Source of the DNA: a virus
Length of the DNA stretch: 64,000 bases
Strand: one strand, 5' to 3'
IMG/VR virus record: IMGVR_UViG_3300037247_001890
Location: 105,275 to 169,274 of that record
Shown in pieces: positions 31,427 through 41,107 of this stretch (its first letter is position 1; the number at the start of each line of letters is the position of its first letter). The notes under the pieces were generated by a model. The model was given only the letters and a program-made list of their open reading frames with translations, searched no databases and was not told the origin of the DNA. The position numbers and the translations under genes are program-made.

Positions 31427-31646
31427 GTCATTACTTGGACAAACAGAAGATCCTAATGCTAGACCATTGATTCTTCTCCCCATAGAGAATGCTTTATCAG
31501 ATGATGAGGCAGAAATAATTGAAAGAAATACAGGAGTCATAGTTATGCCTATTCATTATCCTCACCACATTAAAGATAGTGTAGTAGGTGGAATCATAGA
31601 TATATCAGACCCTCCTGCCAACCCATTACCAAAAGATGAGCAATAA
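31395..31646 (+). CDS. hypothetical protein
   Basis: 83-aa ORF in the operon. Confidence 0.55.
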   Translation: MKTIIVLTGSKSLLGQTEDPNARPLILLPIENALSDDEAEIIERNTGVIVMPIHYPHHIKDSVVGGIIDISDPPANPLPKDEQ

Positions 31647-31941
31647 AATATTATTTACAACCGGACTTCCGGCAAAAAATCGATTAAGAATAAATGGTCA
31701 TGGTATACATCAATTTATCACAAGAATACCTAGACCAAAGAGTAGTCCAAAAGCATTAGTCATTAGTTCAGAATTCGCAAAGGAAAACAAAATAATGTTA
31801 TACCCAGATATAGTTACATCCGGGGAAGTAAAAATAACTATAGTTAATCTAACTCCTTACCCAGTAGATTTGGAAGAGAGAGATCATATAGGAACTTTTG
31901 TTGCATTACCACCTTGCGATTGCAAAACTAACAATGACTAA
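31636..31941 (+). CDS. degenerate trimeric dUTPase-like protein
   Basis: GEVKITIVNLTPYPVDLEERDHIGTFV resembles dUTPase motifs 3/4; other motifs are missing. Confidence 0.4.
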   Translation: MSNKILFTTGLPAKNRLRINGHGIHQFITRIPRPKSSPKALVISSEFAKENKIMLYPDIVTSGEVKITIVNLTPYPVDLEERDHIGTFVALPPCDCKTNND

Positions 31942-33920
31942 TGGAAAAATTTAAATTATCAAAACCATTTATAGAACAATACTCAGGAAAACAACCTAAT
32001 TGGGGCCCACTGGGATATGTTACCTACAAACGATCTTACGCACGTCAAATAGAAAAAGAGCGTAGAACAGAAGAATACTGGGAAACTCTGGAAAGAGTTG
32101 CCAATGGCGTCTATTCTATACAGAAGATGCACGCTCGCAATCTGCGATTACCTTGGAATGATCAAAAATCACAAAAATCTGCTCAGACAATGTTTAGATT
32201 GATGTGGGAATTCAAATTCTTACCGCCAGGAAGAGGATTATTTCAGTCTGGTACAGATTTTGTATACGAAAGAGGAGGTGCCAGTTTACAAAATTGTGGA
32301 GTTATTTCTACCAATGAGTTAGATACTGACTTCGCCTACCCCTTTGCATGGATGATGGATATGTTAATGTTAGGAGTAGGGGTATCTGGTGATACCACCG
32401 GCGCTGGAAAAGTAACTATACAATTTCCGGAACAAAGTGATGACCCATTCATAATTGAAGATAGCAGAGAAGGATGGGTAGATGCCCTCACCATGGTATT
32501 AGAGTCGTTTATAAATAAGCAAAAACTACGACCATTGGACGCATCTCTCGTTAGACCAAAAGGAAGCCCCATAAATGGTTTTGGTGGTCTGGCCAGTGGA
32601 CCCGGACCACTATTAAATACTTTAGATGATATAATACTTATTTTACATCCAAAAAAGAATGGGAATGCTCCTTATAAATTACGATCAGATCAAATAGTAG
32701 ACATATTTAACTTGGTGGGTCGATGTGTCGTAGCAGGAGGAGTTCGTAGGACTGCGGAATTGATGCTAGGTGATCCAAATGATGACGTTTTTCTAAAATT
32801 AAAACAAGATAAGAAAAAATTAAAATCCCATAGATGGGCTAGCAATAATTCCATAATGGGCACAATCGGAATGGATTATACCAAAGTAGCTGAAGCTGCC
32901 GCCATTAACGGGGAACCCGGGATACTCTATTTAGATAATGCTAGAAAATATGGTAGAATGATAGATCCCCCTAATTTTAAGGATCGTAGAATAGTTAATT
33001 TTAATCCATGTGCAGAGCAACCGCTCGAATCTGGAGAAATGTGCACCTTATGTGAAACGTTTCCTTCTAATCATGCTAGTTTAGAAGATTGGATAATGAC
33101 ATTAAAATTTGCATACTTGTATGCAAAAAGTATCACGTTATTATCATCACATAATGAACGTACAAATGCAATAATGGCAAGAAATAGGCGAATTGGTTTA
33201 TCAGTTAGTGGTATTATAGATGCTTTCAATAAATTTGGTCGAAGAAATGTACTAAATGCAATGGATGAAGGTTATAAAAAAGTAGCAGACTGGGATCGAG
33301 TCTATTCTGACTGGCTAGCCATACCAAGATCAATAAAAAAATCAACAGTAAAACCTAGTGGCACTGTTTCTTTACTAGCCGGAGTTAGTCCAGGCATTCA
33401 TTATCCGCATTCAGAATACTATATAAGACGCATAAGGATGCGCGATGATAGCCCATTATTAAAAATTTTAAAAGATGCAAATTATAAAATAGAAACTGAT
33501 TATTATTCCCCGAATACTAAAGTAATAGAATTTCCCATGCATGAAAAATATTTCATCAAAGGGAAAAACGAAGTTAGTATATGGGAACAGGTAAAAAATG
33601 CTGTAGATCTTCAGTATTATTGGTCAGATAATTCTGTATCAATTACTGTCACAGTAAAAGAAGAAGAAAAGAAAGATATAAAAACAGTACTGGAAGCTCA
33701 TGAAGACTCATTAAAATCTATTAGTTTTTTGCCATTAAATGATCATGGCTATGAGCAACCACCCTATGAGTCAATAGATGAAAAAACATATAAAAAATTA
33801 ATTGCAAAAATAAAACCATTAAACTATGAAAAATTAAATGGAAATGGAACTGTTCACGATCAAGACGAAAAGTTTTGCTCAAATGATAGTTGCGAGATAA
33901 AAATACCTAACGAGGAGTAA
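31941..33920 (+). CDS. nrdJ: class II (B12-dependent) ribonucleoside-triphosphate reductase
   Basis: PPGRGL, LQNC, GGVRRTA, FNPCAEQ, TVKPSGTVS, and C-terminal FCSNDSC. Confidence 0.92.
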   Translation: MEKFKLSKPFIEQYSGKQPNWGPLGYVTYKRSYARQIEKERRTEEYWETLERVANGVYSIQKMHARNLRLPWNDQKSQKSAQTMFRLMWEFKFLPPGRGLFQSGTDFVYERGGASLQNCGVISTNELDTDFAYPFAWMMDMLMLGVGVSGDTTGAGKVTIQFPEQSDDPFIIEDSREGWVDALTMVLESFINKQKLRPLDASLVRPKGSPINGFGGLASGPGPLLNTLDDIILILHPKKNGNAPYKLRSDQIVDIFNLVGRCVVAGGVRRTAELMLGDPNDDVFLKLKQDKKKLKSHRWASNNSIMGTIGMDYTKVAEAAAINGEPGILYLDNARKYGRMIDPPNFKDRRIVNFNPCAEQPLESGEMCTLCETFPSNHASLEDWIMTLKFAYLYAKSITLLSSHNERTNAIMARNRRIGLSVSGIIDAFNKFGRRNVLNAMDEGYKKVADWDRVYSDWLAIPRSIKKSTVKPSGTVSLLAGVSPGIHYPHSEYYIRRIRMRDDSPLLKILKDANYKIETDYYSPNTKVIEFPMHEKYFIKGKNEVSIWEQVKNAVDLQYYWSDNSVSITVTVKEEEKKDIKTVLEAHEDSLKSISFLPLNDHGYEQPPYESIDEKTYKKLIAKIKPLNYEKLNGNGTVHDQDEKFCSNDSCEIKIPNEE

Positions 33921-33923
33921 TAC

Positions 33924-34166
33924 ATGCGATATGAAAATCGCAAAGAAGGACACTTTAAGTTCTACGAAATTGATTTAATTCCAGGACCACCAAATGACCA
34001 AGGAAGGGACACTTACGCTGTTAGGGCTAGTTGGGGAAAAATTGGAACCGCTAAGCCACGAGCGGAAATAAAAGCAGTTGGTTCATTTGAAAGATGTTTT
34101 AAAAGAATGGAAAAATTAATCAAAAGAAGAGAACAGAGAGGTTACGAAAAAATAACCGATAAATAG
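33924..34166 (+). CDS. WGR-domain protein
   Basis: KFYEIDL...WGKIGT...KRREQRGY. Confidence 0.8.
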   Translation: MRYENRKEGHFKFYEIDLIPGPPNDQGRDTYAVRASWGKIGTAKPRAEIKAVGSFERCFKRMEKLIKRREQRGYEKITDK

Positions 34167-34203
34167 GTATAAGATAAATAACAAATTAGCCATCTAACTA
34201 AAC

Positions 34204-34575
34204 ATGATAGATCTAAACACACCTTTAGGAACATATTCCAAAAAAGGTACCATTGAAGACATTCAAGTAGAAACAGTAATGATTCCCATGGAAGGCGACG
34301 AACCGGCAAAAGAGAGAGAAAAGATTTGCTTAATGGTTAAACGGGAAGATGGAAAAATTATCCGAGTAAATGAAGTATTCGTTAAAAATTATAACGGATC
34401 AAAAGTACAAAGGGGATTGTGGGCTTCAACTGATGCTTCCGGATCAGTTAACTTCTTTTCCACACTTGGAAAATTTATGAGAAGATACGGAAAAAACACT
34501 ATAGAAGATTTAAAAGGTCTGGAAATAGATTTGTATATAGGAGAAAAAGATCTTTTAGTTGGAAGTGTTAATTAA
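34204..34575 (+). CDS. hypothetical protein
   Basis: 123-aa ORF followed by a terminator. Confidence 0.65.
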   Translation: MIDLNTPLGTYSKKGTIEDIQVETVMIPMEGDEPAKEREKICLMVKREDGKIIRVNEVFVKNYNGSKVQRGLWASTDASGSVNFFSTLGKFMRRYGKNTIEDLKGLEIDLYIGEKDLLVGSVN

Positions 34576-34608
34576 TAGAACGGCCAGGTTACTGGCCTTT
34601 TCTATTTT
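34574..34608 (+). terminator. intrinsic terminator
   Basis: GGCCA/TGGCC stem extended by AATAGAA/TTCTATT, then T tract. Confidence 0.55.
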
Positions 34609-34639
34609 ATAGACAATAACAGAAAACCAGAAAATATAT

Positions 34640-36694
34640 ATGATAACAACATTCCGCAATTTAGAAATTTCCAACCAATTGCTTGGTCTTAATATAACAG
34701 AAAATGTTTTTAAAAATATAAAAAAAGTATTTAAGACTAGTCGTGATGAAAAAGTTTCAAGTAGATTCTATTATTACGTATTAAAGCCTACATACAAAAT
34801 AGGGGTTTATTTAGGAGCTGGAACTTATATGCATAATGGTGACAAAGTTGTAGAACTCACCGAAAGACGTGGAAAAGAAACTGATAATGCTTCTTGGTAC
34901 CAGATAGACAACACAAAATTTAGTTTTGTGCCTACAACAGAAGAAATTAGTCACATAAGTTATTTATGTAGTACACTTCAGATGAGTACTACAAAAGACC
35001 CTATTTTTAATAGAATACAAAATTTCAAAAATAATATAATAGACTGTCTTAGAACTAAAGATTCAAAACATACATCCTCCTATGCGACAATAAATACAAA
35101 TATTAGTGAAGATTCAGAACAATTAGAAGATTTAATAAATTCTATAAACTGGTTGTATGACACTGATTTTGATAAAACTGGTATCACAGAAAGTCAACTT
35201 AAAGCCATGGGAAACAAATATTCCGGATTTGATTGGGAACTTGGCCTATTTTTTAAAGTAAGGGACATAAATGATAACAGACGTCTAGTCCTTATGGCAA
35301 CACTAGGAAGTCATTATAAAGGATATAATTATAGATGGAGAAGTTATAGTCCTTTATCATGGAGAATTCTAGATGTTCCTCATGACAATCCTGCATATAA
35401 CTACATAGACGTTGGAACATACGCAACAGAATTCGGAGACCAAATACCTGGTTCTATACAATTTGATCAGACTGTAAATTCATTACCCAAAAGCATAGAG
35501 CCAATAAAACATGCTATAGGTCGCAAAAAAGATATAATCCATATATTCGATCAGAACGCCGTTGATAAAGCTAATAAAAAATATATGCTAAAAATGGCAA
35601 TGGAAAAAGATGGCGAAGATAAAAAAGAGCAAGTCAAATTAAAAATAAATTCAAGAATAAAAAACATAGATAAACAATCATTGAAATTGAATGAAGCTAC
35701 TTTTAGTATTGATCAAATAGAATATTCCGGACAAATCCTGAAAAGTGACTCGGTAGATATAAGGGAATTGTTAGAAAGCCTATATAGATACCACGATTTG
35801 GATGATATCAATTATGATAGAGCTTTTGAGATGTTTATTTCTACATTAATTGGTAAAGTCATGCAAAATTATAACGACGATATCACTGCCACAATCGGGG
35901 ATATTGATGTCACATTACTTCAAAAACACGGAACGAATAAAACTGGAAGTCGATATGCTGTATATTACATAAATAATATACGAATCAATAAAGATGAGTT
36001 TGAGCCAGTATTACAGAGAGGGGCATGTTTTGAAGATGTGCCTACATATAATAAATTTTTAAAACAAGTAAGTGAATGTTCGTTAAAAATACATGGATTA
36101 CTGGATAGAGGTATAGATGTAAAAGTCAGAAGTCCGTTAAAAAATGAAATGATCATCCTTAAGCTTGAAATGATAAGAAGACACAAAAGGCAACATTTGA
36201 AAATAGGCAAAGAAATCTTTCTGATAAAAAATACTACCAGAATAGCCAACTTGCCTAAGAAGGAATACTTAGACGATGTGATAGATGTCCTTTTGAATCC
36301 AGATAATGTAGAAGGTGTAACACCGGCAAATCTAAAAACACTGGTAATTCAAGCACGTCAAGCTTATACTGATGCTATAGAAAAGTCTAAAATATTATTA
36401 GAAACAACGATTGAAAAATTCAATCTTGAAAAAACGACAGTTACTTCAAAAAATTCAAACTATACAGGCTACATAGTACCTGGAAAGATCAAAACATACT
36501 TTGTAGCATATGATAATAATAAACACACAAATGGTTGTGGTGTATACACGTATCCGGATATGAACTATGTTTGCATAGTTGATAAAACACCAAACCAACA
36601 AGTTGGCGTAGATAAATTCGTAAACAGAATATACGCCCTGGCCAATGATAAACTACTGGCCAAACAAATCCACACACTGAATATTCAGAAATAA
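34640..36694 (+). CDS. large hypothetical protein heading the Ubl operon
   Basis: 684 aa ending 3 nt before the Ubl gene; C-terminal YVCIVDK. Confidence 0.8.
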   Translation: MITTFRNLEISNQLLGLNITENVFKNIKKVFKTSRDEKVSSRFYYYVLKPTYKIGVYLGAGTYMHNGDKVVELTERRGKETDNASWYQIDNTKFSFVPTTEEISHISYLCSTLQMSTTKDPIFNRIQNFKNNIIDCLRTKDSKHTSSYATINTNISEDSEQLEDLINSINWLYDTDFDKTGITESQLKAMGNKYSGFDWELGLFFKVRDINDNRRLVLMATLGSHYKGYNYRWRSYSPLSWRILDVPHDNPAYNYIDVGTYATEFGDQIPGSIQFDQTVNSLPKSIEPIKHAIGRKKDIIHIFDQNAVDKANKKYMLKMAMEKDGEDKKEQVKLKINSRIKNIDKQSLKLNEATFSIDQIEYSGQILKSDSVDIRELLESLYRYHDLDDINYDRAFEMFISTLIGKVMQNYNDDITATIGDIDVTLLQKHGTNKTGSRYAVYYINNIRINKDEFEPVLQRGACFEDVPTYNKFLKQVSECSLKIHGLLDRGIDVKVRSPLKNEMIILKLEMIRRHKRQHLKIGKEIFLIKNTTRIANLPKKEYLDDVIDVLLNPDNVEGVTPANLKTLVIQARQAYTDAIEKSKILLETTIEKFNLEKTTVTSKNSNYTGYIVPGKIKTYFVAYDNNKHTNGCGVYTYPDMNYVCIVDKTPNQQVGVDKFVNRIYALANDKLLAKQIHTLNIQK

Positions 36695-36697
36695 AAA

Positions 36698-36940
36698 ATG
36701 ATAAAACAGAAACAATTCGAAAAAAAAGAAATTACTTACCGTGTAGTTTCCCCAAATGGTCATGATGAATGTACATTCGATCATAGTACCGCTTTGACAA
36801 ATATTCGCGCTTTAGTCAAAGATGAGGGAAAATGGTTATATATAAATAATGATTATGTTAACCCTGAAACTCTTACAACAAGAGATTTAGATCAGGCAGA
36901 AGATATCATTTTAACAAACGCCGTAGCTGGTGGATGTTGA
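36698..36940 (+). CDS. ubiquitin-like (ThiS/MoaD beta-grasp) protein ending in GG-C
   Basis: 80 aa, WLYINNDYV...IILTNAVAGGC; next to JAB and E1 genes. Confidence 0.8.
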   Translation: MIKQKQFEKKEITYRVVSPNGHDECTFDHSTALTNIRALVKDEGKWLYINNDYVNPETLTTRDLDQAEDIILTNAVAGGC

Positions 36941-36944
36941 CAAT

Positions 36945-36970
36945 AGGGGAGACTTGTCTCCCCTTTTTTT
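36945..36970 (+). terminator. intrinsic terminator between Ubl and JAB genes
   Basis: AGGGGAGAC-TT-GTCTCCCCT plus T tract. Confidence 0.7.
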
Positions 36971-36985
36971 AAATAGGACACTAAA

Positions 36986-37495
36986 ATGGATAGAATAGAC
37001 ATTGCTTCTGACCTAATGGAGCAATTAAAAAATTACGGAAAAAAATACTACCCTGGGGAATGTTGTGGCCTTTTAACTGGCATAACTCGACGTATAAACA
37101 ATAATGTTAGATCGGTACCAGTAGAATTTCATCCAATTGATAATGTCAGTAAAGAACCATATAAATGGGATTACGTTATGGATCCAAATCAATACATGAA
37201 TGTGTTGAAAAATACAACCTTATTTAACAAAAAATCTGCAATTGAATTAACTGCAATATTTCACACGCATCCGAATAACCTACCAATTCCCAGTCAGTAC
37301 GATATTATTGGGGCGGCATGGTATACTGCATATTTGATTTACGGGATAGCTACAGATTCTATGGCGGCATGGTTCTGGGATGGTACATTCTTCAAAAGAA
37401 TACCCATCAATGAAGAAAAAATAACGCAAGATACCGTCTATGCTGATGGAAAAGAAAGGGATTGGGAATCATGGAAACATGTAGGATCGCTATAG
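36986..37495 (+). CDS. JAB/MPN+ (Mov34) metallopeptidase
   Basis: PGECCGLL and JAMM motif FHTHP...PSQYD. Confidence 0.88.
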   Translation: MDRIDIASDLMEQLKNYGKKYYPGECCGLLTGITRRINNNVRSVPVEFHPIDNVSKEPYKWDYVMDPNQYMNVLKNTTLFNKKSAIELTAIFHTHPNNLPIPSQYDIIGAAWYTAYLIYGIATDSMAAWFWDGTFFKRIPINEEKITQDTVYADGKERDWESWKHVGSL

Positions 37496-38073
37496 TTGGA
37501 GCAGGCGGTATTGGGAGTTATCTCTGCAAAGAAATGCACAACTTCCATAAGCACGATCAATTCGGAGCATGCAATGTTGAGATAACTGTATGGGATAATG
37601 ATACAGTTGATATGAAAAATCTAAAATACCAAAATTTCCAAGAGTTTGATTTAGGTGACAACAAAGCAGAAGTGATTGGCATGAGATATGATTTTGATTA
37701 TGAAATAGAACGGTTAGAAGAAGAAGCCGCATTTAACAATTATAATGTAATAATCGCAGCAGTAGATAATAGTAAATTTCGCAGATTACTTTATAATTGG
37801 GCTGAAAAAAATGCAGAAACATACTGGATAGATCTAAGATCAGAAGGTAGAGCAGTTGCGTTTTTCACACAACATAGAAGTAATACATTAGAAAAAATGC
37901 TTGATACATTAGCCGATACACCAGAGGAAGGTACCAGTTGTCAATTGGCATTTGAATTGGAAAAAGGCATTATACAACAAGGTAACAAAATAATAGCCGC
38001 AATAGGTTCACAATTATTTATCAACTACTTGCGACAAGAAAAAAATTCATCTAAATTCATAGCCAGGTTTTAA
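37471..38073 (+). CDS. ThiF/E1-like adenylyltransferase
   Basis: IVGAGGIGS, DNDTVDMKNLKYQ, NKA, AVDNSKFR, candidate catalytic Cys in GTSCQ; ATG at 37471 preferred as start. Confidence 0.88.
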   Translation: METCRIAIVGAGGIGSYLCKEMHNFHKHDQFGACNVEITVWDNDTVDMKNLKYQNFQEFDLGDNKAEVIGMRYDFDYEIERLEEEAAFNNYNVIIAAVDNSKFRRLLYNWAEKNAETYWIDLRSEGRAVAFFTQHRSNTLEKMLDTLADTPEEGTSCQLAFELEKGIIQQGNKIIAAIGSQLFINYLRQEKNSSKFIARF

Positions 38074-38074
38074 A

Positions 38075-38488
38075 ATGAAAAAAAGAAACTTTTTAGTACC
38101 CGTATTTAAAGACAGCGGAAAGCTAGCAAATGGCTGGTATGCTTATCATACGAATCAGGGTAAACACTCCGATCGAACCATGGTTCCTAATTTTGAGATA
38201 AATCTTCATTTATTTCTAACAGAGATACGTCCCACAAAAGGTAGCTTCAGGGCCGTTTTTCTAGATTCACATGGACACAATTATTATATGATGGGATCTG
38301 ATTTTAATGCATTACTGAACCGAGCAGAGCCAAATCCTGTAAATCCAGCATTTGATGGAACTTTTACTGTCGCGCATAAATCATATGATTATACAATACG
38401 CTTAGTGGACCCGACAAATGATGAACCATTAAACGAAGCAAAAATGATAGAAATGATGAATGACCCTAGGAGACTTCAACATGTTTGA
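38075..38488 (+). CDS. hypothetical protein
   Basis: 137 aa, starts 1 nt after the E1 gene. Confidence 0.6.
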   Translation: MKKRNFLVPVFKDSGKLANGWYAYHTNQGKHSDRTMVPNFEINLHLFLTEIRPTKGSFRAVFLDSHGHNYYMMGSDFNALLNRAEPNPVNPAFDGTFTVAHKSYDYTIRLVDPTNDEPLNEAKMIEMMNDPRRLQHV

Positions 38489-38828
38489 AATAAACAATGA
38501 TCTAAGAAATATAAAATACAAAAGCTGGCACAACTGGTTTCATCTATGTGCCAGTATTCTTTTTACAATAGGTTTTTACTATTCTTTTGATTTTCAAGCC
38601 ATTATTTGGGCCGGACTCTCAGCATGGGCAATTGGCATCCTTTGGGAAATTGGTGATGGATTCAAACCCTGGTTTTATCTATTTAGGTATAGAGACGATC
38701 GGCCAACATGGATAAGCTGGGTAGTACAAAATTTCTTTTATTCAGATAAATTTTCTCTACAAGACGTTCTTGTATGGGATTTAACCGGATGCGTAATTGG
38801 AATATTCATACTCTTAATGATGACTTAA
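38460..38828 (+). CDS. multi-pass membrane protein
   Basis: Three hydrophobic segments; WFH and GILWE motifs. Confidence 0.65.
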   Translation: MTLGDFNMFEINNDLRNIKYKSWHNWFHLCASILFTIGFYYSFDFQAIIWAGLSAWAIGILWEIGDGFKPWFYLFRYRDDRPTWISWVVQNFFYSDKFSLQDVLVWDLTGCVIGIFILLMMT

Positions 38829-38840
38829 TAGGGAGGTCTA

Positions 38841-40058
38841 TTGAAATTTGAAAATTATCTAAAATTTGGAAAAAAATTAATTATTGAAGGTTTTGCAGAA
38901 GAAAATTTCATAAAAAATTCTAAAGACGATTTAATAGGATTTGGAATAGATAGTGATAACAGAGTTCTTCATATGTTTACAGATACATATGAATTAATTG
39001 AATCTACTAGGAAAGGCCTTTTAAATATTGATGGTCAATTTTATACGGATATGCCACCTTATGAGTATGTATTTAAAATAGATAGTCAGTTTTATGCTAT
39101 TTTCTACACTTTAATTCACGGGGTGGATTACAGATACAAAGCTTCTATTGTTAAAAAAGATATGACGCAAGAAGAAGGAATACAAATACTTAGGAAATTG
39201 GTAAAAGACTATGTCAATCATAGAAAACAAATACAAGCAAACCTGTTTAAAAGAAGTGAAAAAATTCTAGATGACGTCATATTACCCAAAGAACTTAAAC
39301 AATCCATATTAGGTGATATAAGAAATTTCTTAAACAGTAGAAAAAAGTATAAAGAATTTGGAATGGTCTGGAAAAGGGGTTATATTTTTCACGGACCTCC
39401 TGGAAATGGTAAAACACTCTTCTTGCGAAAACTTGGCGGGGCCTTTGGATTAAATATGACTGATATGACTAACAGATTAGATCAAGATGGTACCCTAAGA
39501 TTGCCACAACATGCAGAACCATACGAAAACGGCAGTAGTAGTCTCAGTTTAGGTAAATTAGCTTCTGGAGATGATGAAGACAATCCTCCAGAGATTTATT
39601 ACTTAGAAGATATGGAAAAAGTCATTGGTAAAAATGATGCTGATTTTGGTAGAATTACACTATCCAATTTCCTAACTGCTATTGACGGTGTTTCACGTTT
39701 GGCTGATGGTTTGATAATTATAGGTACAACGAATCACAAAGATAGGCTAGAGAGTGCAATTATAGGTCGTCCAGGAAGATTCGATAGGGTTTATGAATTT
39801 GCAAGACCTACGAATGCAGAAATATACAAATTCTTTGAACGTAGAAATTTTTTGATTGAGAATAAAAAGGTGACTACCGAATATTCGGATTTGATGACGA
39901 GAAAAAACTTTAGCATGGCTTTTGTTGAAGATTTTATACTATCCTGTGTAACAAAAGTCGACAAGCACATAATATCGACATCTATTGCGGATTCAGTAAT
40001 CAAAGACCTAGAACAATATAACAAACTTGAAGTCGAGTCAAACATGGGATTCAAATAA
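38841..40058 (+). CDS. classical-clade AAA+ ATPase (BCS1/FtsH/Cdc48-like domain)
   Basis: KRGYIFHGPPGNGKT, YLEDME, FLTAIDG, GTTNH, SRH GRPGRFD. Confidence 0.88.
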   Translation: MKFENYLKFGKKLIIEGFAEENFIKNSKDDLIGFGIDSDNRVLHMFTDTYELIESTRKGLLNIDGQFYTDMPPYEYVFKIDSQFYAIFYTLIHGVDYRYKASIVKKDMTQEEGIQILRKLVKDYVNHRKQIQANLFKRSEKILDDVILPKELKQSILGDIRNFLNSRKKYKEFGMVWKRGYIFHGPPGNGKTLFLRKLGGAFGLNMTDMTNRLDQDGTLRLPQHAEPYENGSSSLSLGKLASGDDEDNPPEIYYLEDMEKVIGKNDADFGRITLSNFLTAIDGVSRLADGLIIIGTTNHKDRLESAIIGRPGRFDRVYEFARPTNAEIYKFFERRNFLIENKKVTTEYSDLMTRKNFSMAFVEDFILSCVTKVDKHIISTSIADSVIKDLEQYNKLEVESNMGFK

Positions 40059-40738
40059 TGATGTATCATAAAACTTGGAATCCATGGATACGCGAAAATA
40101 GTAGTCTTAGGCGCACGTCTAAGACTACCTTTTTTCGTCCTCTTACATATAAGAAACCTATTAGAATTTTTGTAGGCACCGAAGCTGATTTCTTTGATCC
40201 TGAAGTACCACATGTTTGGAGAAGAGATGCAGTAGAAATAATGACAAAGCAAAGAGACCTGACGTTTTTAATTCCAAGTACACAACCAGACCCTACTTGC
40301 ATTTTACCTAACACATGGATAGGATTGAAAATTAAAAATGATACGAATCTTATAAAACTCCTTAAATCAATAGAACATTTGCCTTTCGTTAAAAGATGGG
40401 TATTATTCGACGGTCTTACAAAGCCAAAAGATATTATGCCACTATTTAGATGTGACTCAGAGATTCACATTGGAGAAAAAGGCTGGCATCCAGCTTATCC
40501 ATGTGACAAATGTCTGGGAGACGGATATTTAAATAAATACATGATACAATGGAATGTTGTATCAGGTGATAAGGCAAAATACATGGACATAGACATCGTC
40601 CGAAACATACAACATTATTCGGACGTTTTACATATACCATTTTACTACAAACAAGCCTTGATAGGTGGAAAATTGATAAGGAAACCATATCTAGATGGCA
40701 AACAATATGGGCAGCTCCCAAGGGAGTTCAGTTTATAA
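40058..40738 (+). CDS. DUF5131/gp37-gp68-like protein lacking the N-terminal Cys cluster
   Basis: TWNPW, IFVGTEADFF, LPNTWIG, IQWNVVSG, IPFYYKQ, LDGKQY. Confidence 0.7.
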   Translation: MMYHKTWNPWIRENSSLRRTSKTTFFRPLTYKKPIRIFVGTEADFFDPEVPHVWRRDAVEIMTKQRDLTFLIPSTQPDPTCILPNTWIGLKIKNDTNLIKLLKSIEHLPFVKRWVLFDGLTKPKDIMPLFRCDSEIHIGEKGWHPAYPCDKCLGDGYLNKYMIQWNVVSGDKAKYMDIDIVRNIQHYSDVLHIPFYYKQALIGGKLIRKPYLDGKQYGQLPREFSL

Positions 40739-41057
40739 AGCACCTGAATACCCAAGTTCTATCACAGGAGTTGTAAGATATCTAAAAAAAGATCTAAAAG
40801 AATCTTTTCAGTTCCTTATAAAAGACAAAAACGTCAAAGAAATAAGAATAACAAAAATAGATAGAAAAAAACATATTATATATTTATGGATTTATAAAAA
40901 AGATAGGAAATACATAGCAAGAATAATGTCGTTATTGAGATTTTATCCATTTAAACATATGATATTTTCGGAAAAATCTGGATCTGGATTTATTTTTAAG
41001 TGTACGGTGGAAATCAATCCGACAATTATTCCAAAAGGTATTGTAGTATTAAATTGA
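40695..41057 (+). CDS. hypothetical protein
   Basis: 120-aa ORF. Confidence 0.5.
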   Translation: MANNMGSSQGSSVYKAPEYPSSITGVVRYLKKDLKESFQFLIKDKNVKEIRITKIDRKKHIIYLWIYKKDRKYIARIMSLLRFYPFKHMIFSEKSGSGFIFKCTVEINPTIIPKGIVVLN

Positions 41058-41082
41058 CTTTTGTATTTAATTTTATTAAATT
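41054..41082 (+). promoter_or_regulatory. sigma70-type promoter
   Basis: TTGACT-17-TAAATT upstream of 41108. Confidence 0.6.
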
Positions 41083-41107
41083 GAATACATAACAACCAAT
41101 ACGAAGC

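Noticed and set aside
36935-36970. Selenocysteine read-through at the Ubl TGA (Cys-Sec) with a SECIS hairpin
   Set aside because: The hairpin has a T tract and is better explained as a terminator; read-through would add only two residues
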